Shown: piece after piece, positions 24,451 through 37,029 of the stretch
Position numbering within the stretch: position 1 is the stretch's first letter
Layout: every line of letters starts with the position of its first letter
Source of the DNA: Heterodontus francisci
Taxonomy: Eukaryota
NCBI RefSeq assembly: GCF_036365525.1
Contig: NC_090387.1
Span: forward strand, 50,335,404 to 50,399,403
Direction: 5' to 3'
Length of the DNA stretch: 64,000 nt
Notes under the pieces: generated by a model
Database searches by the model: none
Told to the model about the DNA's origin: nothing
The model's input: only the letters and a program-made list of their open reading frames with translations
Program-made: the position numbers and the translations under genes

Positions 24451-26577
24451 AAGAGTCATAGAGTTATTTAGAGCATGGAAGGAGGCCATTTGGCCCATTG
24501 AATCCACGCTGGTTCTCTGCGGAGCAATCCACTCAGTCCCACTCCCCTGCTCGATCCTCATAGCCCTGCAAGTTTATTTCCTTCAAGTGCCCATCCAGTT
24601 TCCTTTTGAAATCATTGATTGTCTCTGCTTCCACCAGCCTCATGGGCAGCGAGTTCCGGGTCATTAGCACTCATTGCATAAAAAAGTTGTTCCTCACATT
24701 TCATGCCCAAAACCTTCAATCTGTGTCCCTAGTCCTTGCACCATCAGTTAATGAGAACAGTTTTTCCTTGTCTAACTAATCTAAGCCTGTCATAATCTTG
24801 TACACCTCTATCAAATCTCCCCTCAATCTCCTCTGCTCCAGGGAGAACAACCCTAGCTTTTCTAACCTAACTTTGTAATGAAAATTCCCCATTCCTTGAA
24901 CCATTCTGGTAAATCTCCTCTACACCCTCTCAAGGGCCCTCAGATCCTTCCTAAAATGTGGTACCCAGAACTGGATGCAGTTCTCTAGTTGCGGCCTAAC
25001 CACAGCTTTATAAAGGTTCAGCATAAATTATCTGCTTTTGTACTCTATGCCTCTATTTACGAAGCCCAAAATCCCATTTGCTTTGCTAACCACTCTCTCA
25101 ATATGTCCTGCCACCTTCAAAGATCAATGCACCTGAACCCCCAGATCCCAATGTTCCTGCACATTCTTTAGAACACTGCCATTAAGTTCATAATGCCTCA
25201 CCCTATTTCTTCTGCCAAAATGCATCACCTCACACTTGTCTGTATTAAATTCCATATGCCACTAGTCTGCTCATTCTGCTAGCCTATCTATGTCCTGTTG
25301 CAAGCAGTTTATAACATCCTCACTGTTTGTCACTCCTCCAAGTTTGGTAGCATCAGCAAACTTTGAAATTCTACTCTGTATTCCAAGATCCAAGTCATTT
25401 ATAAATAGCTAAAAAAAAAGTGTTTTTCAGCACTGACCCTTGGGGAACACCACTGTCTGCCATCCTCCAGTCTGAAAAACAACCATTTACCACAACTTGC
25501 TGTTTTCTGTCCTTAAGCTAATATTTTTTATCCAATTGGACACTGACCATCCTATTCATGAGCCTCAATTTTGTTAACCAACCTTTTATGTGGTACTTTA
25601 TCAAACTCTTTCTTAAAATCTTCCCTTCATCAACCTTCTCTATTACTTCATCAAAAAATTGAATTCGATTAGTCAAGCACAGTGGCGCAGTGGTTAGCAC
25701 TGCAGCCTCACAGCTCCAGGGACCCGGGTTCGATTCTGGGTACTGCCTGTGTGGAGTTTGCAAGTTCTCCCTGTGTCTGCGTGGGTTTTCTCCGGGTGCT
25801 CCGGTTTCCTCCCACAAGCCAAAAGACTTGCAGGTTGGTAGGTAAATTGGCCGTTATAAATTGTCACTAGTATAGGTAGGTGGTAGGGAAATATAGGGAC
25901 AGATGGGGATGTTTGGTAGGAATATGGGATTAGTGTAGGATTAGTATAAAATGGGTGGTTGATGGTCGGCACAGACTCGGTGGGCCGAAGGGCCTGTTTC
26001 AGTGCTGTATCTCTAAAAAAAAAAAAAGCATGATCTGCCTTTTACAAATCTGTGCTGGCTATCCTTAATTAACTCAAACCTCTCCAAGTGCCTGTTAATT
26101 TTTCCCCCTGATTATTGTTTTTAAAACCTTACCCATCACTGATGTTACACTAACTGGCCTGTAGATGCTAGGACTGTCCTTCCACCCTTTCTTGAATAAG
26201 AGTGTCACATTTGCCACTCTCCAAACCTCTGGCACCTCCCCCATATTTAGGGAAGATTGGAAGATTCTTTAGCAACCAGGGATCCAAGTCATCCAGACCA
26301 GGTGACTTATCTACCCCAAGCATAGCAAGTCTTTTCAGTACCACCTCCCTCTCAGTTTTTAACCTTTCCATTGCCTCTATTCTCTCGGCTTCTACCGATA
26401 TTTTGTCAGATTCCTCTTCCTTAATGAACACTGATACAAAGTACTCATTAAGTATTCTAGCCTTGCCCTGTACCTCTAAGCATATATTACCCTCTTTGTC
26501 CTTAATAGGCCCCACTCCACCTCTTACTATCTGCTTACTATTTACATGCTGGTAGAAGATTGGGTTCTCTTTATGTT
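24451..26577 (-). mobile_element. CR1 LINE nested in the RTE
   Basis: ILNEYFVSVF...KSPGLDDLDP; PQGSV; CR1 3' tail near 24455. Confidence 0.9.
25677..26027 (+). mobile_element. HE1-type V-SINE nested in CR1, poly(A) tail
   Basis: Same family as 22461-22823; TSD AAGCA. Confidence 0.9.
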
Positions 26578-29039
26578 GAATCTCACTATCTTCACCAATT
26601 GACTTTCTACTTTGACACCTTTCTGTACTTCACCTCATGCTTTTATCATGGCTTCCGCATAGTGTTAAAGAACAATGGTGACAGTAGACAGCCTTGTCTC
26701 ACCCCTCACCCAATTACACCAGGTTCAGTTTCACAAAATGCTATCCTGATTGTTGCAGTCTGTCCATGTACAGAGTTACAATCATTCTTTTATCTTTCCA
26801 TTCAGCTCTGATCACCTCCAGCACTTTCAACATCTTTTGCTAGTTCACCCTGTTGAAAGCTTTTTCGTAATCCACAAAGTAGGTGTAGATTTCTTGCTGG
26901 TTTTCTATGCTTCTTTCGCTTAACACCCTCATCACTGCTATAGCCTCTCTAGTGCCATAACCCTTTCTAAAACCAAATTGGTCACAGCTGATGTAATGCC
27001 TTTCTTTGCCTTCCAATCTATTTTCTAGGATCTTTAACATTACCTTGGATGCATGTGTAATCAAAGTTATAGTGCAGTTATGGTCCCATTGTAGAAGACG
27101 GCAAATACCACAAAATGTGAAGAGCACTGCACCACCAATGGTGGAGAGATTAAAATTGGGGATGTAAAAGAGGCTAGAATTAGAGGAGTGCAGATATCTT
27201 GAAGGGATGTGGGTTGGAGGAGATTACAGAGTTAAGGACGGGTGAGGCCATGGAAGGATTTAAAAACAAGGAAGAGAATTTTAAATTTGAGGCATGCTTA
27301 ACCGGGAGCCAACGTAGGTCAACAAGCACAGGGATGATGGGTGAACAGGACTGAGTGCAAGTTAGGACACGGGCAGCAGAGCTTTGAATGACCTCAAGTT
27401 TACAGACGGTAGAATGTCAAAAACCAGCAAGGAGTGCATTGGAATTGTCAAGTCTAGAGAAAGACGAGGAGGCACAGTTTACATTTGACACAATCACACA
27501 GGATGTCATTTGTGACTTTGATGAGTGGTTTCATTACTGTCGGGTGCAAACTTGATTGGAGAGATTCAAACATAGAGTTCCAGGAAAGATGGGAATGGAT
27601 TTGGGAGGTGACACGATATTCAAGGACTTTGGAGAGGAAATGGATGTAGGGAAATGGATGTAGTTAGTGTGGCTGGAGGAATCAAGTGTTAGGTTTTTGA
27701 GGAGAGGGGTGATGATGGCAGATTTGTATAGGGGACCAGAATCATTAACAGTGGCAGCTAACATAGGAGTCAGGAAGAGAAGCTGGGTATTCAGCACTGC
27801 TGTGAGAATAAGATGAGGGAGCAGGAGGTGGGTCTCGGAGACAAGATGGGCTTGGAGAGGTTTAAGAAGATGATGTGCTGCAGAGAAAAGAAGCCAGGGG
27901 TTTTCTGTGCATTCAGGATGATCCTGAAATAGTGAGCAGTTTTGTCAGCCGACAGCAGGACCTGGTAGTGATTTATGTGGTCTAGCCAGATCTTGTGGTG
28001 AATGGTTCAAGTCTTCATCCCTTGGACTTAAGGGAGCAGAGATGAGGGCTGTAATGGGGCAACGATCAGGGTGAGAGAGCATAATGGTTATAATGGGAAC
28101 TAGGATATCAACGGTGAGGGTGTGGTTGATCGGATTGGTAGCTGCAGAAATGTTGGGAATGGAGGGCCAAAGGTTAGATAGTTGGGATTTTGAAGTGCAA
28201 TTGTAAGTGAATTGGGAATGTTTTTTCTAGGGATATACACAGAAGGAATTAGGGTTGGGAGGGGGAGCAGGAAGGGGGAATGTGGGTGGAGAGAGATACC
28301 AGGAAGTGACCAGAGATGGTCTGACCTGTGATTGATACAAAGTAAGAAGGCCGTGTGATGGTAAAGTCAAGAGGGTGGTATTGAATATGGGTTGGGAGTT
28401 TATATGGAGGGAGATATTAAGGAAAGAGGAGACAGCATGATGAATTGAGATGGGAATTTGAAATCACCCAGAATGAGATCTCCGTTTATTTGCACAGATA
28501 CTGCTTGTGAATTGTTTCCTTGATCATAAAATAGGTCTAAACCAGGCAAGATTTTGAGAGTGTATCAGTAAACCTGATTCTGATGCACCATTGTTTACAT
28601 GCCCCAACTGTCTACAAAGATCTGAATTTGAAAAAATGCACTTGTAAAGATTCCTAGCTTTTATTTACGATTATCAAAAATAACTTTGCTGCTTTAGTCC
28701 ATGAAGATCACGCCTTAGAATAGTAGGGGTTCTACGTTCACACTGTAATGTGGTAGAGTATACAATTTGAATACGTGCTAGCTCCCATGTGCAGTACAGC
28801 CTGCAGCATGTTTAATAGGACCAGTTGACCCCATGTTGGGAGTATCCTCACTGTAACATCACATCCGGATCGTGTTAACTATTTGCATGAAAGGCATTTC
28901 CCTCGCCTGTGCAAACAATGTCAGTAATAGTCTTTGCGCCCTCACTTGCTGAAGTGCATCCGTCCGCTTGCCTATTTAATTGCAGATACTGGAAATCTGA
29001 AATAAAAGTAGACAATGCTGGAAATACTCAGCAGGATTA

Positions 29040-29228
29040 ACACTAACAACGTGCCAACCTTCTTTCTGCAAAAACACTCCGTCTCCTCCCCGGTCGTGAC
29101 GTTCGTGCGGCTCTGAGCCCTGCCGGCACAGACATGGACTGCGCTGAGGCAGCCCACATGGTATAGCGGCTCAGCCTGGCTTTCCAGCTCAGTTCACTGG
29201 TTCCCAGCTCAGTGCAGCCACCCAGACC
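29040..29228 (+). promoter_or_regulatory. CpG-rich promoter / 5' UTR of HEATR3
   Basis: Local CpG enrichment directly upstream of ACCATGG (strong Kozak context) at 29229. Confidence 0.7.
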
Positions 29229-29351
29229 ATGGGCAAGAAGAAGACCAACAAGTTCGCACGGCCGCAGTTTTCCCCAATTGGGCCACTGAACAATATCGAG
29301 GGGGAGGAGGATGGAGAAGTTTGCTCGCCGGTTGGGGATTTGTTTGAGAAA
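29229..29351 (+). CDS. HEATR3: HEATR3 coding exon 1 (MGKKKTNKFARPQFSPIG...DLFEK)
   Basis: Kozak ATG; basic N-terminus with RPQFSP motif; donor AAA|GTAAGT. Confidence 0.94.
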
Positions 29352-29687
29352 GTAAGTGTAGGAACTTCCAACTGCTCCTGTGTTGAACTCAATGTGGAAC
29401 TAACTTTTCCTTATTCTTTTGGGTGTTTTCTTTTAGGCTATATTCCTTTTTAAGGGTGTATTCAAATATTTCTCCTCGCCCTCTCCAGTGGAAAGCGGGT
29501 CACCAGACAGCAAGCAAAAGTACCTTTTAAAATAAGTTTCATATGTAGCTTTAGAGGGTCAGTACGACACCCGGTACTGATGGAAGAGATGCATAGAAGT
29601 TCCCCGAAGGTATAATCAAAAATGTAAGTTTTGAAGGAGGGGTGATGGAGCACAGGCATTCAGGGAGAGTCTGCCAGCATATATGTC

Positions 29688-29893
29688 GCAAAATACTGCG
29701 GATGCTGGAAATCTGAAATAAAAGCAGACAGTGCTGGAAATACTCAGCAGGTCAGGCAGCATCTGTGGAGAGAGAAGCAGAGTTAACGTTTCCGGTTCTG
29801 TTGAAAGGTCAGACCTGAAATGTTAACTCTGCTTCTCTCTCCACAGATGCTGCCTGACCTGTTGAGTATTTCCAGAACTTCCTGTTTTTATTT
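29688..29893. repeat. Fold-back pair of the hammerhead-bearing repeat
   Basis: Arms of about 80 bp around GGTT-CTGTTGA-AAGGTCAGACCT-GAAA-TG-TTA-ACT. Confidence 0.8.
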
Positions 29894-30069
29894 GAGTATG
29901 CTAACGTGGTTCAAGTAGGGCTACCTAACAACTTTTTGTAATGAGTTCTTTATGTTGTCTGACGCAACATAAATAAGATGCGTGGAGTCGAGTTGGTTGA
30001 AGATCTCAGGTTTATTACAGCTGAACTATTATATACAATACAGAACAAACTATTTACAGAATAGTTGTT

Positions 30070-30288
30070 TGACTTTGGAATTCTCTGCCTCAGAAGGTGG
30101 TGGAGGTTGGGTCATTGAATATTTTTAAGGCAGAGGTAGATAGATTCTTGTTAGACAAGGGACTCAGAGATTATCGGGTGTAGATGGGAGTGTGGAATTT
30201 GAGACAATAACAGAATCAGCTTGATCTTATTAAATGGCGGAGCAGGCTCGACAGCCTGAATAGCCTACTTCTGCTCCTAATTCGTATG
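30070..30288 (+). mobile_element. CR1 LINE 3' end fragment inside the Gypsy 3' LTR
   Basis: tggaattctctgcctcagaagg...atttttaaggcagaggtagatagattctt...cctacttctgctcctaattcgtatg; matches the other CR1 3' ends in the window. Confidence 0.8.
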
Positions 30289-30289
30289 G

Positions 30290-31006
30290 TAGTGCAGAAC
30301 TTGAGAATTGCTGAAAATAGAGACATGTCAAAGCTTTTTGTCTTGTGCTCATCAGGACAATACGCAAGAATAACCAATGTAAGGGAAAACAACAACTTAT
30401 GCTGCATGAGAAGAGAGTGCTGATTGCTTGGCAAGTGAACTCTGGTAGAGGTGTTGTCATGGAGAATGCACCAGTTTAAGGTGACTGACAGTTAACTGCC
30501 AAGCTTTGTTTGAAATTTAAACCAGGCGGCTTGACTGGTCAAGGCATTGCCCTGAGGAATGAACCAGCTGTCACTTATTTTGTTCAGCTGAAATAGGCGC
30601 AATGTGTGTACGTGTTATTTCTGTCTGCAAAGAACAGGGCCCTGTGTATTAATATATGTAGCTTCCAGTATGTGCAAATGCACCAGACTGCGAGCCCTAC
30701 TGACAATCTTAAATTGGTTGTCAGAGTAATTCTTTGCACACTGTGGATTATTTAGCAAATGTTGTCCAATCGTGGAATCACATCTAATGTTGGACACTGT
30801 TTTGCAAGCACAGGCTGGTTGGGTACGGCCTGTACCTTGCCCATTGCAGAACAGCGGAAGGGACATGTTGTTTGCTTTGATCTGCCAGTCTTTGGGGCAT
30901 ACAGCCTATACACCTAGCATTAGACTGGCATTGAAATTCATATATCACAATACTCATTTGTGTGCTAGGACGTCTTTTTGGCTTGACGGCAGCATCCTGT
31001 TAGTGT
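30290..31006 (-). mobile_element. Penelope-like element fragment (GIY-YIG endonuclease C-terminus + 3' end with decayed hammerhead)
   Basis: Minus-strand YEFQCQSDARCIG...RLADQ..QH and TIGQHLLNNPQCAKNYSDNQFKIVSRARSLVHLHILEATYINTQGPVLCRQK; TGTC-CTGATGAG...CAAAAAGCTTTGACA near 30325-30359. Confidence 0.8.
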
Positions 31007-32081
31007 GAACCTTCCTTTGGGTGTTCCAGTGGCAGAGTGAATCTGGCTTTGTCACATGACTACAGCCTGGTACTTAGCTCATTAGCATACTAAATCTTAA
31101 GGGACATCACTCTTAAAGGCAATCATACAACATCCCCTTTCTTTCCAAAGATAAGTCACATATTCTATAAGCAAAAATACATAAAATTAGAGAACATCAG
31201 AATTAGTTATGCGGGATATTGATCATAAAATTTACAAGTGTGGAAGCTTCAGACTCAATATATCGTTTCGGTGGTTTGACAACTCTTCCAGATCTGGTTA
31301 TAATATAACCTTCTGGGGCTGTGGATTTCACCCTTGGCTGTTTTGGGTTTGCAGGCATGTTGTCAATGTATTGGTTGATGTCCTGTTTAGTCATACCCTC
31401 ATTGTCTGAGTGTGTTCTTTCGAGTCCGCTGTGCTCAATTGGAAGTTTGCACACTTCTCTTAGTTGGCTTCGGTTCCTTCTCAGCACCGCTGTTGTAATC
31501 TCATCGGAGCTAGGCTCACATGTGCTTTGGATACCTCTGCGGGTAATCATGCTCTCCTGATGGGGTGTATGATCCTGATCTTTTGTCCTACGTGTAGCTG
31601 AGGTAGTTCCGCCCCTGTGTCGGTCATGCACCATCTTCATTCTCCATTGTTTTTTAAGCAGTGTCTCCTGTATCTCGGAGAATTTGGACAGATGATGGCT
31701 TGCCAGAGTTGTCTGCCAAACATGATCTGTGCTGGTGACAGTAAGCCCATATCCGTGGGTGTAACTCTGGCATGGAGCATAGCAACACGGAAATTTTTGT
31801 TTTGTCGTCCTGCGCTTCAGGGTAAGTGTTTTGACTGTGTGATCCATTTTCTCGGCAAGACCATTAGATCTCGGGTAATATGGTGAGGGTGTCACATAGT
31901 TTATACCCCATTTGGCACACATATCCCTGAAAGGTTTGCCCGTATACTGTGGCCCATTGTCAGAAATGATTTCATCAGATGCACTGAATAGACTGAATGT
32001 GGCACTCAATGTATCTGTGACGACTGTGCTTGAAGCGTCTTTTACCTGTCTGACAATTGGAAATTTAGAGAAATCATCAGT

Positions 32082-32905
32082 TGTTACGACCAAGTAAGAA
32101 ATGTATCTAGGGGTCTTTTGCTGTCTTTACCTGGTCTTATTGTGACAGGGTTTAATTTTAAACAGTGTTTTGAGCTCTCCCTTTGTGAATCTTTGTTCAC
32201 AGCTTTCCAATTATAAAGCAATGAGCATAAACATGCCTTCTCAGGTTTAAAGAAGAAATGTCAAATTTTATTAAACCTTAAACTCTAATACAGTTATTGT
32301 CTACAGATATACGACACGCCCACACTAGCATGCACACGTGATACACGCATGCAAATAGGGACAGAAAAGAGGAGAGGAAAATATAGTAGAGAGGGGTTTG
32401 AGGCAATATCAGAAGGGTTTCTTGTTTACTGTGCTTCGAGCTCACTTGATTGTAGGTAGTCTTGCTGTTTGTCGGAGCCCAGTGTTGTCCACGTGGGAGA
32501 CTTTTCTCTCTTTCACAAGATTCAATTCCATGGGAAAGAGATGGAGGCAGGCAGGACTGGAGGTTCTGCTTCAGTTTCAGGAGCACACGGCCTTCTGAGT
32601 TCAAATCCCTTGTTGGAAGTTCAAATCTCAACAGCCAGCTAGTCATGTGACTAAAACTGGTCTGACCACTTCTTCTGTGTTTGTGGATTCTGCTATCTTA
32701 GCAGTCAACCTGGAATGCTAGCTCCCCCCACCTTCAAGTCCATTGTTGTTTAAATGAGTCGGGATGGTCCTTTGTCCCTTGTTCCAACACTGTCTGTTAC
32801 CATGCAAATGTCTTTCCAGTCAGGGGATTGCAATTTTAAGTTTTAATGTTCTTGTGGCGAAATAACGTGTGCCTCAGTATTGGTAGGTGGGGGGCTTGCC
32901 TGACA
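32082..32905 (-). mobile_element. Solo LTR (824 bp) inserted in the Gypsy integrase
   Basis: TGTTACGACC...CCTGACA ends; imperfect 4-bp TSD CAGT/CTGT. It interrupts the integrase frame DFILVT|DDFSKFP. Confidence 0.8.
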
Positions 32906-34607
32906 CTGTGACTAAGATAAAGTCGTCTCCACTAATGGAAAATAGATCAGTGGCGATTTTAGACCAGGGGACTGATGGAATCTTGTGAGGGTGTAGAGGT
33001 TCTTTGTGTTGTTATGGCTGGTGGCTCTGACATGCCTCGCGCATCCTCACTAACCTTTCAATGTCACTGTTGATCCGTGGGCAATAAACACTGTCTTGTG
33101 CCAGTTGTCTGGTTCACTCTCTGACCCTATGGCCTTGATGAAGTTGCGACAAGATGTCCTATAAGGCCAAAAGCATCTGAGCATTTCTGACACCTCTTTT
33201 ACAGTGTCAGGCCAACCTTCTGTAATGCCTTCAGTTGTGGGTCATTCGCTGTTTCTAATTGTAGTTGGTCACATTTATGTTGACCAAAATGCAATAAATT
33301 GATTTTGAGCACATCTTCCACCTCAATGGCCATGCTATCTACTTGTAGATCCAGTGGAACTTCTTCATTCTTGCTCGGGTTTGGCAATTTGCTCAGAGTA
33401 TCCGAGATGACCATTTTGATATCCGGTTTGTAGCACATGTCAAAGTTGTACCCCTGTACTTTCACTAAGAGTCACTGTAATCAAGTGGTTTGTGCCAGAT
33501 CATCTCCAGTGGTTTGTCGTCAGTTTCCACCGTGAGCTGCTTGCCGAACAGGTAGGTGTGGAACCTTGTGTTCCCAAACACCAGAGCAACTGTTTCCTGC
33601 CCTGTGTTTGAGTAATTGGATGTGCTGAGGATAAACATTTGGATCCGAATGCAATAGGTTTGCCATTCTGCAGGATGCACACACCTAGCCCTTTCTGTGA
33701 GGCGTCGACTTTTAGGATTGTCGTCTTCCTTGGATCGTAGTACTGCAGGGTACGGGGTTCTGCTGACAGTGCTTGTTTGAGAGACTCGAACATATGCTGA
33801 TGGCCCTCCTGCCATGCAAATGGTACGTCTTTCTTTAAGAGCTCTCTCAGCGATGATGCTTTGTCAGAAAAATTTGGAATGTATGGTACCAAGAAGTTGA
33901 AAACTCCAAGATATCTCTGGAGGTCTTCCTTGGCTTGTGGAGTAGGCATACGCCTTGCATCTTCGATTTTGCCTGGGCCAGGATGGATTCTGCAACCGGA
34001 ATAGATGGAGCCAAAGAAATTGATCTGACTTGTATTCACCTGGCACTTCTTGCTGTTAAAAACAAACCCTTTGTGACGAAATACTGCCATTAGTGAATGA
34101 AGATTTCAATCGTGTTCTTCCTTGGTTTTGTCCATTACTGCAACGTCATCAGCAATGCATATACAACCAGGTACTTTTTCTATAATTATGTCCATCAGTT
34201 GCTGAAACAGATCTTGACTGATAGATAAGCTGAAGGTTTGTCTTTGGAAGCAGTATCTTCCAAATGGTGCCCTGAAGGTGGTGACTACCTGAGATTCCTT
34301 AGCTAGGTATACCGACCAATATCCATGTTTAGCATCCAATTTGGAGAAGAATTTGGCCTCTGTGAACTTTAGGGGGCATCTCTTTCGGGAGAGGTTTAGA
34401 CGCCTTGGATCTGGACATACCCCGATTGCTCCAACCTTCTTCAATACACAAGTAATTGAGCTGCACCAGTCTCCGTGATGATGCACACGACGGATGATGC
34501 CATTGCATTCCATGTGCACGCTGCACTTTCTGGGAGCGTCGATTGACGGAATGGCATCCTCTCTCGGGTGCAGTACGGCATCGCCTTTGAAATCCGCTAT
34601 GGCATTG

Positions 34608-34931
34608 GGGCGGCGCAGTGGTTAGCACCGCAGCCTCACAGCTCCAGCGACCCGGGTTTGGTTCTGGGTACTGCCTGTGTGGAGTTTGCAAGTTCTCCCT
34701 GTGACCGCGTGGGTTTCCGTCAGGTGCTCCGGTTTCCTCCCGCCAAAGACTTGCAGGTTGCTAGGTAAATTGCCCCTAGTGTAGGTAGGAGAATGGTGGG
34801 GAATATGGGATTAATGTAGGAGGGGACGTGGTAGGGAATAATGTAGGATTAGTATAAATGGGTGGTTGATGGTCGGCACAGACTCGGTGGGCCGAAGGGC
34901 CTGTTTCAGTGTTGTATCTCTCTATGACTCT
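34608..34931 (+). mobile_element. HE1-type V-SINE nested in Gypsy pol
   Basis: Same family; TSD ATTG; tail TCTATGACTCT. Confidence 0.9.
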
Positions 34932-37015
34932 ATTGAACCGGTCTGGGTACATCTGTTATAGGTCGTTGTCTGACTCAATGCGGGTACCCTTGGTCTCTTC
35001 TGCTGTAATTGGTACCTTGATGACCTCATGGATAGTTATGATGTTGAGGTCCTTGCATGTTGGTAGTCCTGGCACTTCTGGTCTGCTCCTGTCTACCAGG
35101 TAGAATATTTGCAATTTCCATGCCAGCTTGTCATAGCTGCATTGCATTGTTAGTGTGCCACTGCAAGGAATGGGAGACCCATTGTATTGAGGTAACTTGG
35201 CAGTTGTCGGTTTTGTCATTGATTTCCAACAACTCCGGTACATGTCCTTCAGGATTTGAATTGATAGGATATTTGCACTGGCGCTGGTGTCGATCTTGAC
35301 CCTGTATGTTTGCCAGGTTTCTTTGGGCACATGATGTTAATAGCGGCAAAAGCTTCCAGTTGTTTGACTTCATTAACATTGTGTCAGGTTCACAATGTGA
35401 AACGCCTTCTTGTATTTTGCTTGAGAATTGCTTCTCTAAGTCTTAGAGTCATAGTCATACAGCATCGTGTCCATGCCGGTCATCAAGCACCTAACTGTTC
35501 TAATCCCTTTTTCCTTCATTTGCCCCTTAGGCTCAGGTCTGTTTCACTGTGGACTTCGTGTATCGGCTTGTGTTTACACAGGTCTCTGGTGTTTTCCTTG
35601 CTGCTGTTGCCATGTTGCTGCGCCTGTCTTCTGTTTGTTTCTGCCCTACTGTGACTTCTGGCTGTGTCTTTGGGGCCAGATCTGTTGCATAGGCAGGCCC
35701 AGTGTCCTTTTGCACCACACACCTTGTGCATCTTTTGAAATGCAGGACAACTTCGTGGTGAGTGGGATCAACCACACTTACCACATAGCTTCCTTGCTCT
35801 TTTTGACCTGGCTATTGCGCCAATACTGTTGGCTGCACTTAGTGCTTGAAGATGCTGTTGTCCAGCTACAGTGGTTTCGTATTTTCTGTCGTCATCTAGC
35901 AGCGCATCAATGCTGTGATGTTTCCTTTTCCTCAAGAGGTCTTTCTGAAATGCTTCAATGGGTTTTGATACAATCACCAGCTCCATTATTTGGTCCAACA
36001 GCTCAGTTTCTGGGAAGTCGCATTCGTTGCCCTTATGACGGCATCTACTGATGAATTGGTCTATTGATTCCTGTGGCTGTTGCCTGTTGGACATCAATTC
36101 CAGACAGTGCATTCTAAAATTCACTCTTAATCGGAGCTGATCTTCTAGTACTTTCCATGTTTTTGTAGATCTTTCTGGACCTCTTCAGATAGCAAGAGGT
36201 GGTGTTTCTGTATAATCTCTCATTTCCAACTGCTATGAGTATTTTTACAGCCTGTTTCTCTGGTTCTGCAATCACTTGGTCCATGAAACATAACTGCATT
36301 CTTTGTTTAAAAAGTTTGAGCTTAGATAGGATATCAATGGCTTTCCAGTTCATGTTGGGAAATTTGGTATCCATACTTATGTTGTTTTGCTTACAATGTG
36401 TTTTAAGACTGGTTCTGTGACTCTGCACTGTTTCCACTTTAAGAAACTCTGGCTTCTTGGATTGAGAGGAGCAGGTGTTTTGCAGTGCTCTGTTTATCTT
36501 GCTTGCCGCACTTAAGTCTGTTTACACAGCTGTTCGTTCGGCGATTCAATGGCTTTTTTTGCTAGAGTTTGTGTAATGTTCTTCACGCTCGACTGGTTTA
36601 ATGGCATTCTTATAGTCGTGGCTTTGTGAATGAAAGCTCCTCTTCATGCTTGAGTGCTTTAATGATTTTTTAAAACTTTGGCTGCATGGATGAAGGCTGT
36701 GCCGTGATCGGGGTTTTCCTGCCTTTTACAATCATACACCTCCTGTAATGGCACTGACCTCGATCAGCCTGGGAGAGGAGTCGGGTCTCTTTCTCCTTCC
36801 CCCCCCCCCCTTTTTTTTTTTTGGAACCCGATTTACTTGCAGCCTGTCGTTCTGTACTCTGTCTTCTACAGCTGGAGGTAAGTTCCTTTATTCCTTCTAT
36901 TGTTTGGGCCAGTATTCCAGTATTTCTGTGGAACTTTCTCTCTCTTGGCTGTAGGAAGGGTAGTTTTTACAGCTGTTTCACCTGTGGTCTTCAATCTTAG
37001 ACTTTGTCTTCTCAT

Positions 37016-37029
37016 CACCGCTGCCACCA
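37016..37029 (-). other. Primer-binding site complementary to tRNA-Leu 3' end
   Basis: Minus strand reads TGGTGGCAGCGGTG directly inside the 5' LTR, matching vertebrate tRNA-Leu(AAG) ...CACCGCTGCCA-CCA (from memory). Confidence 0.85.

Larger units (their letters stand above)
23688..27115 (-). mobile_element. RTE-clade LINE (second family, BovB/invertebrate-RTE-like RT), split by a CR1
   Basis: TITLITHASKVMLKILENRL...DQFGFRKGYGTREAI...FVDYEKAFNRV; GVKVESQLVKIVRF|FPDDETLVA; KINVKQTK. Confidence 0.88.
23480..28470 (-). mobile_element. L2 LINE, split by RTE > CR1 > SINE insertions
   Basis: L2 sequence breaks at ...CCACCAATG (23679-23687) and resumes at CCACCAATG (27132-27140). The distal part has KSAIITPLLK.. 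and endonuclease remnants. Confidence 0.7.
29937..31132 (-). repeat. 3' LTR of the Gypsy element, split by an insertion of about 950 bp (30062-31009)
   Basis: Both halves align to 37030-37277 and rejoin at TTTACAGAA|CCTTCCTTTG; the PPT is adjacent. Confidence 0.9.

Noticed and set aside
25677-25750. tRNA-like sequences with A and B boxes (also about 22750, 34610, 46000, 54070, 62240)
   Set aside because: Each continues into a SINE or LINE body and lacks a proper acceptor stem; they are SINE heads, not tRNA genes.
31203-32093. Longest ORF in the window (296 aa), possibly a domesticated integrase
   Set aside because: Its N-terminus is cut by a solo LTR, the middle drifts out of the integrase frame, and the rest of pol is full of stops; it is decayed Gypsy sequence.
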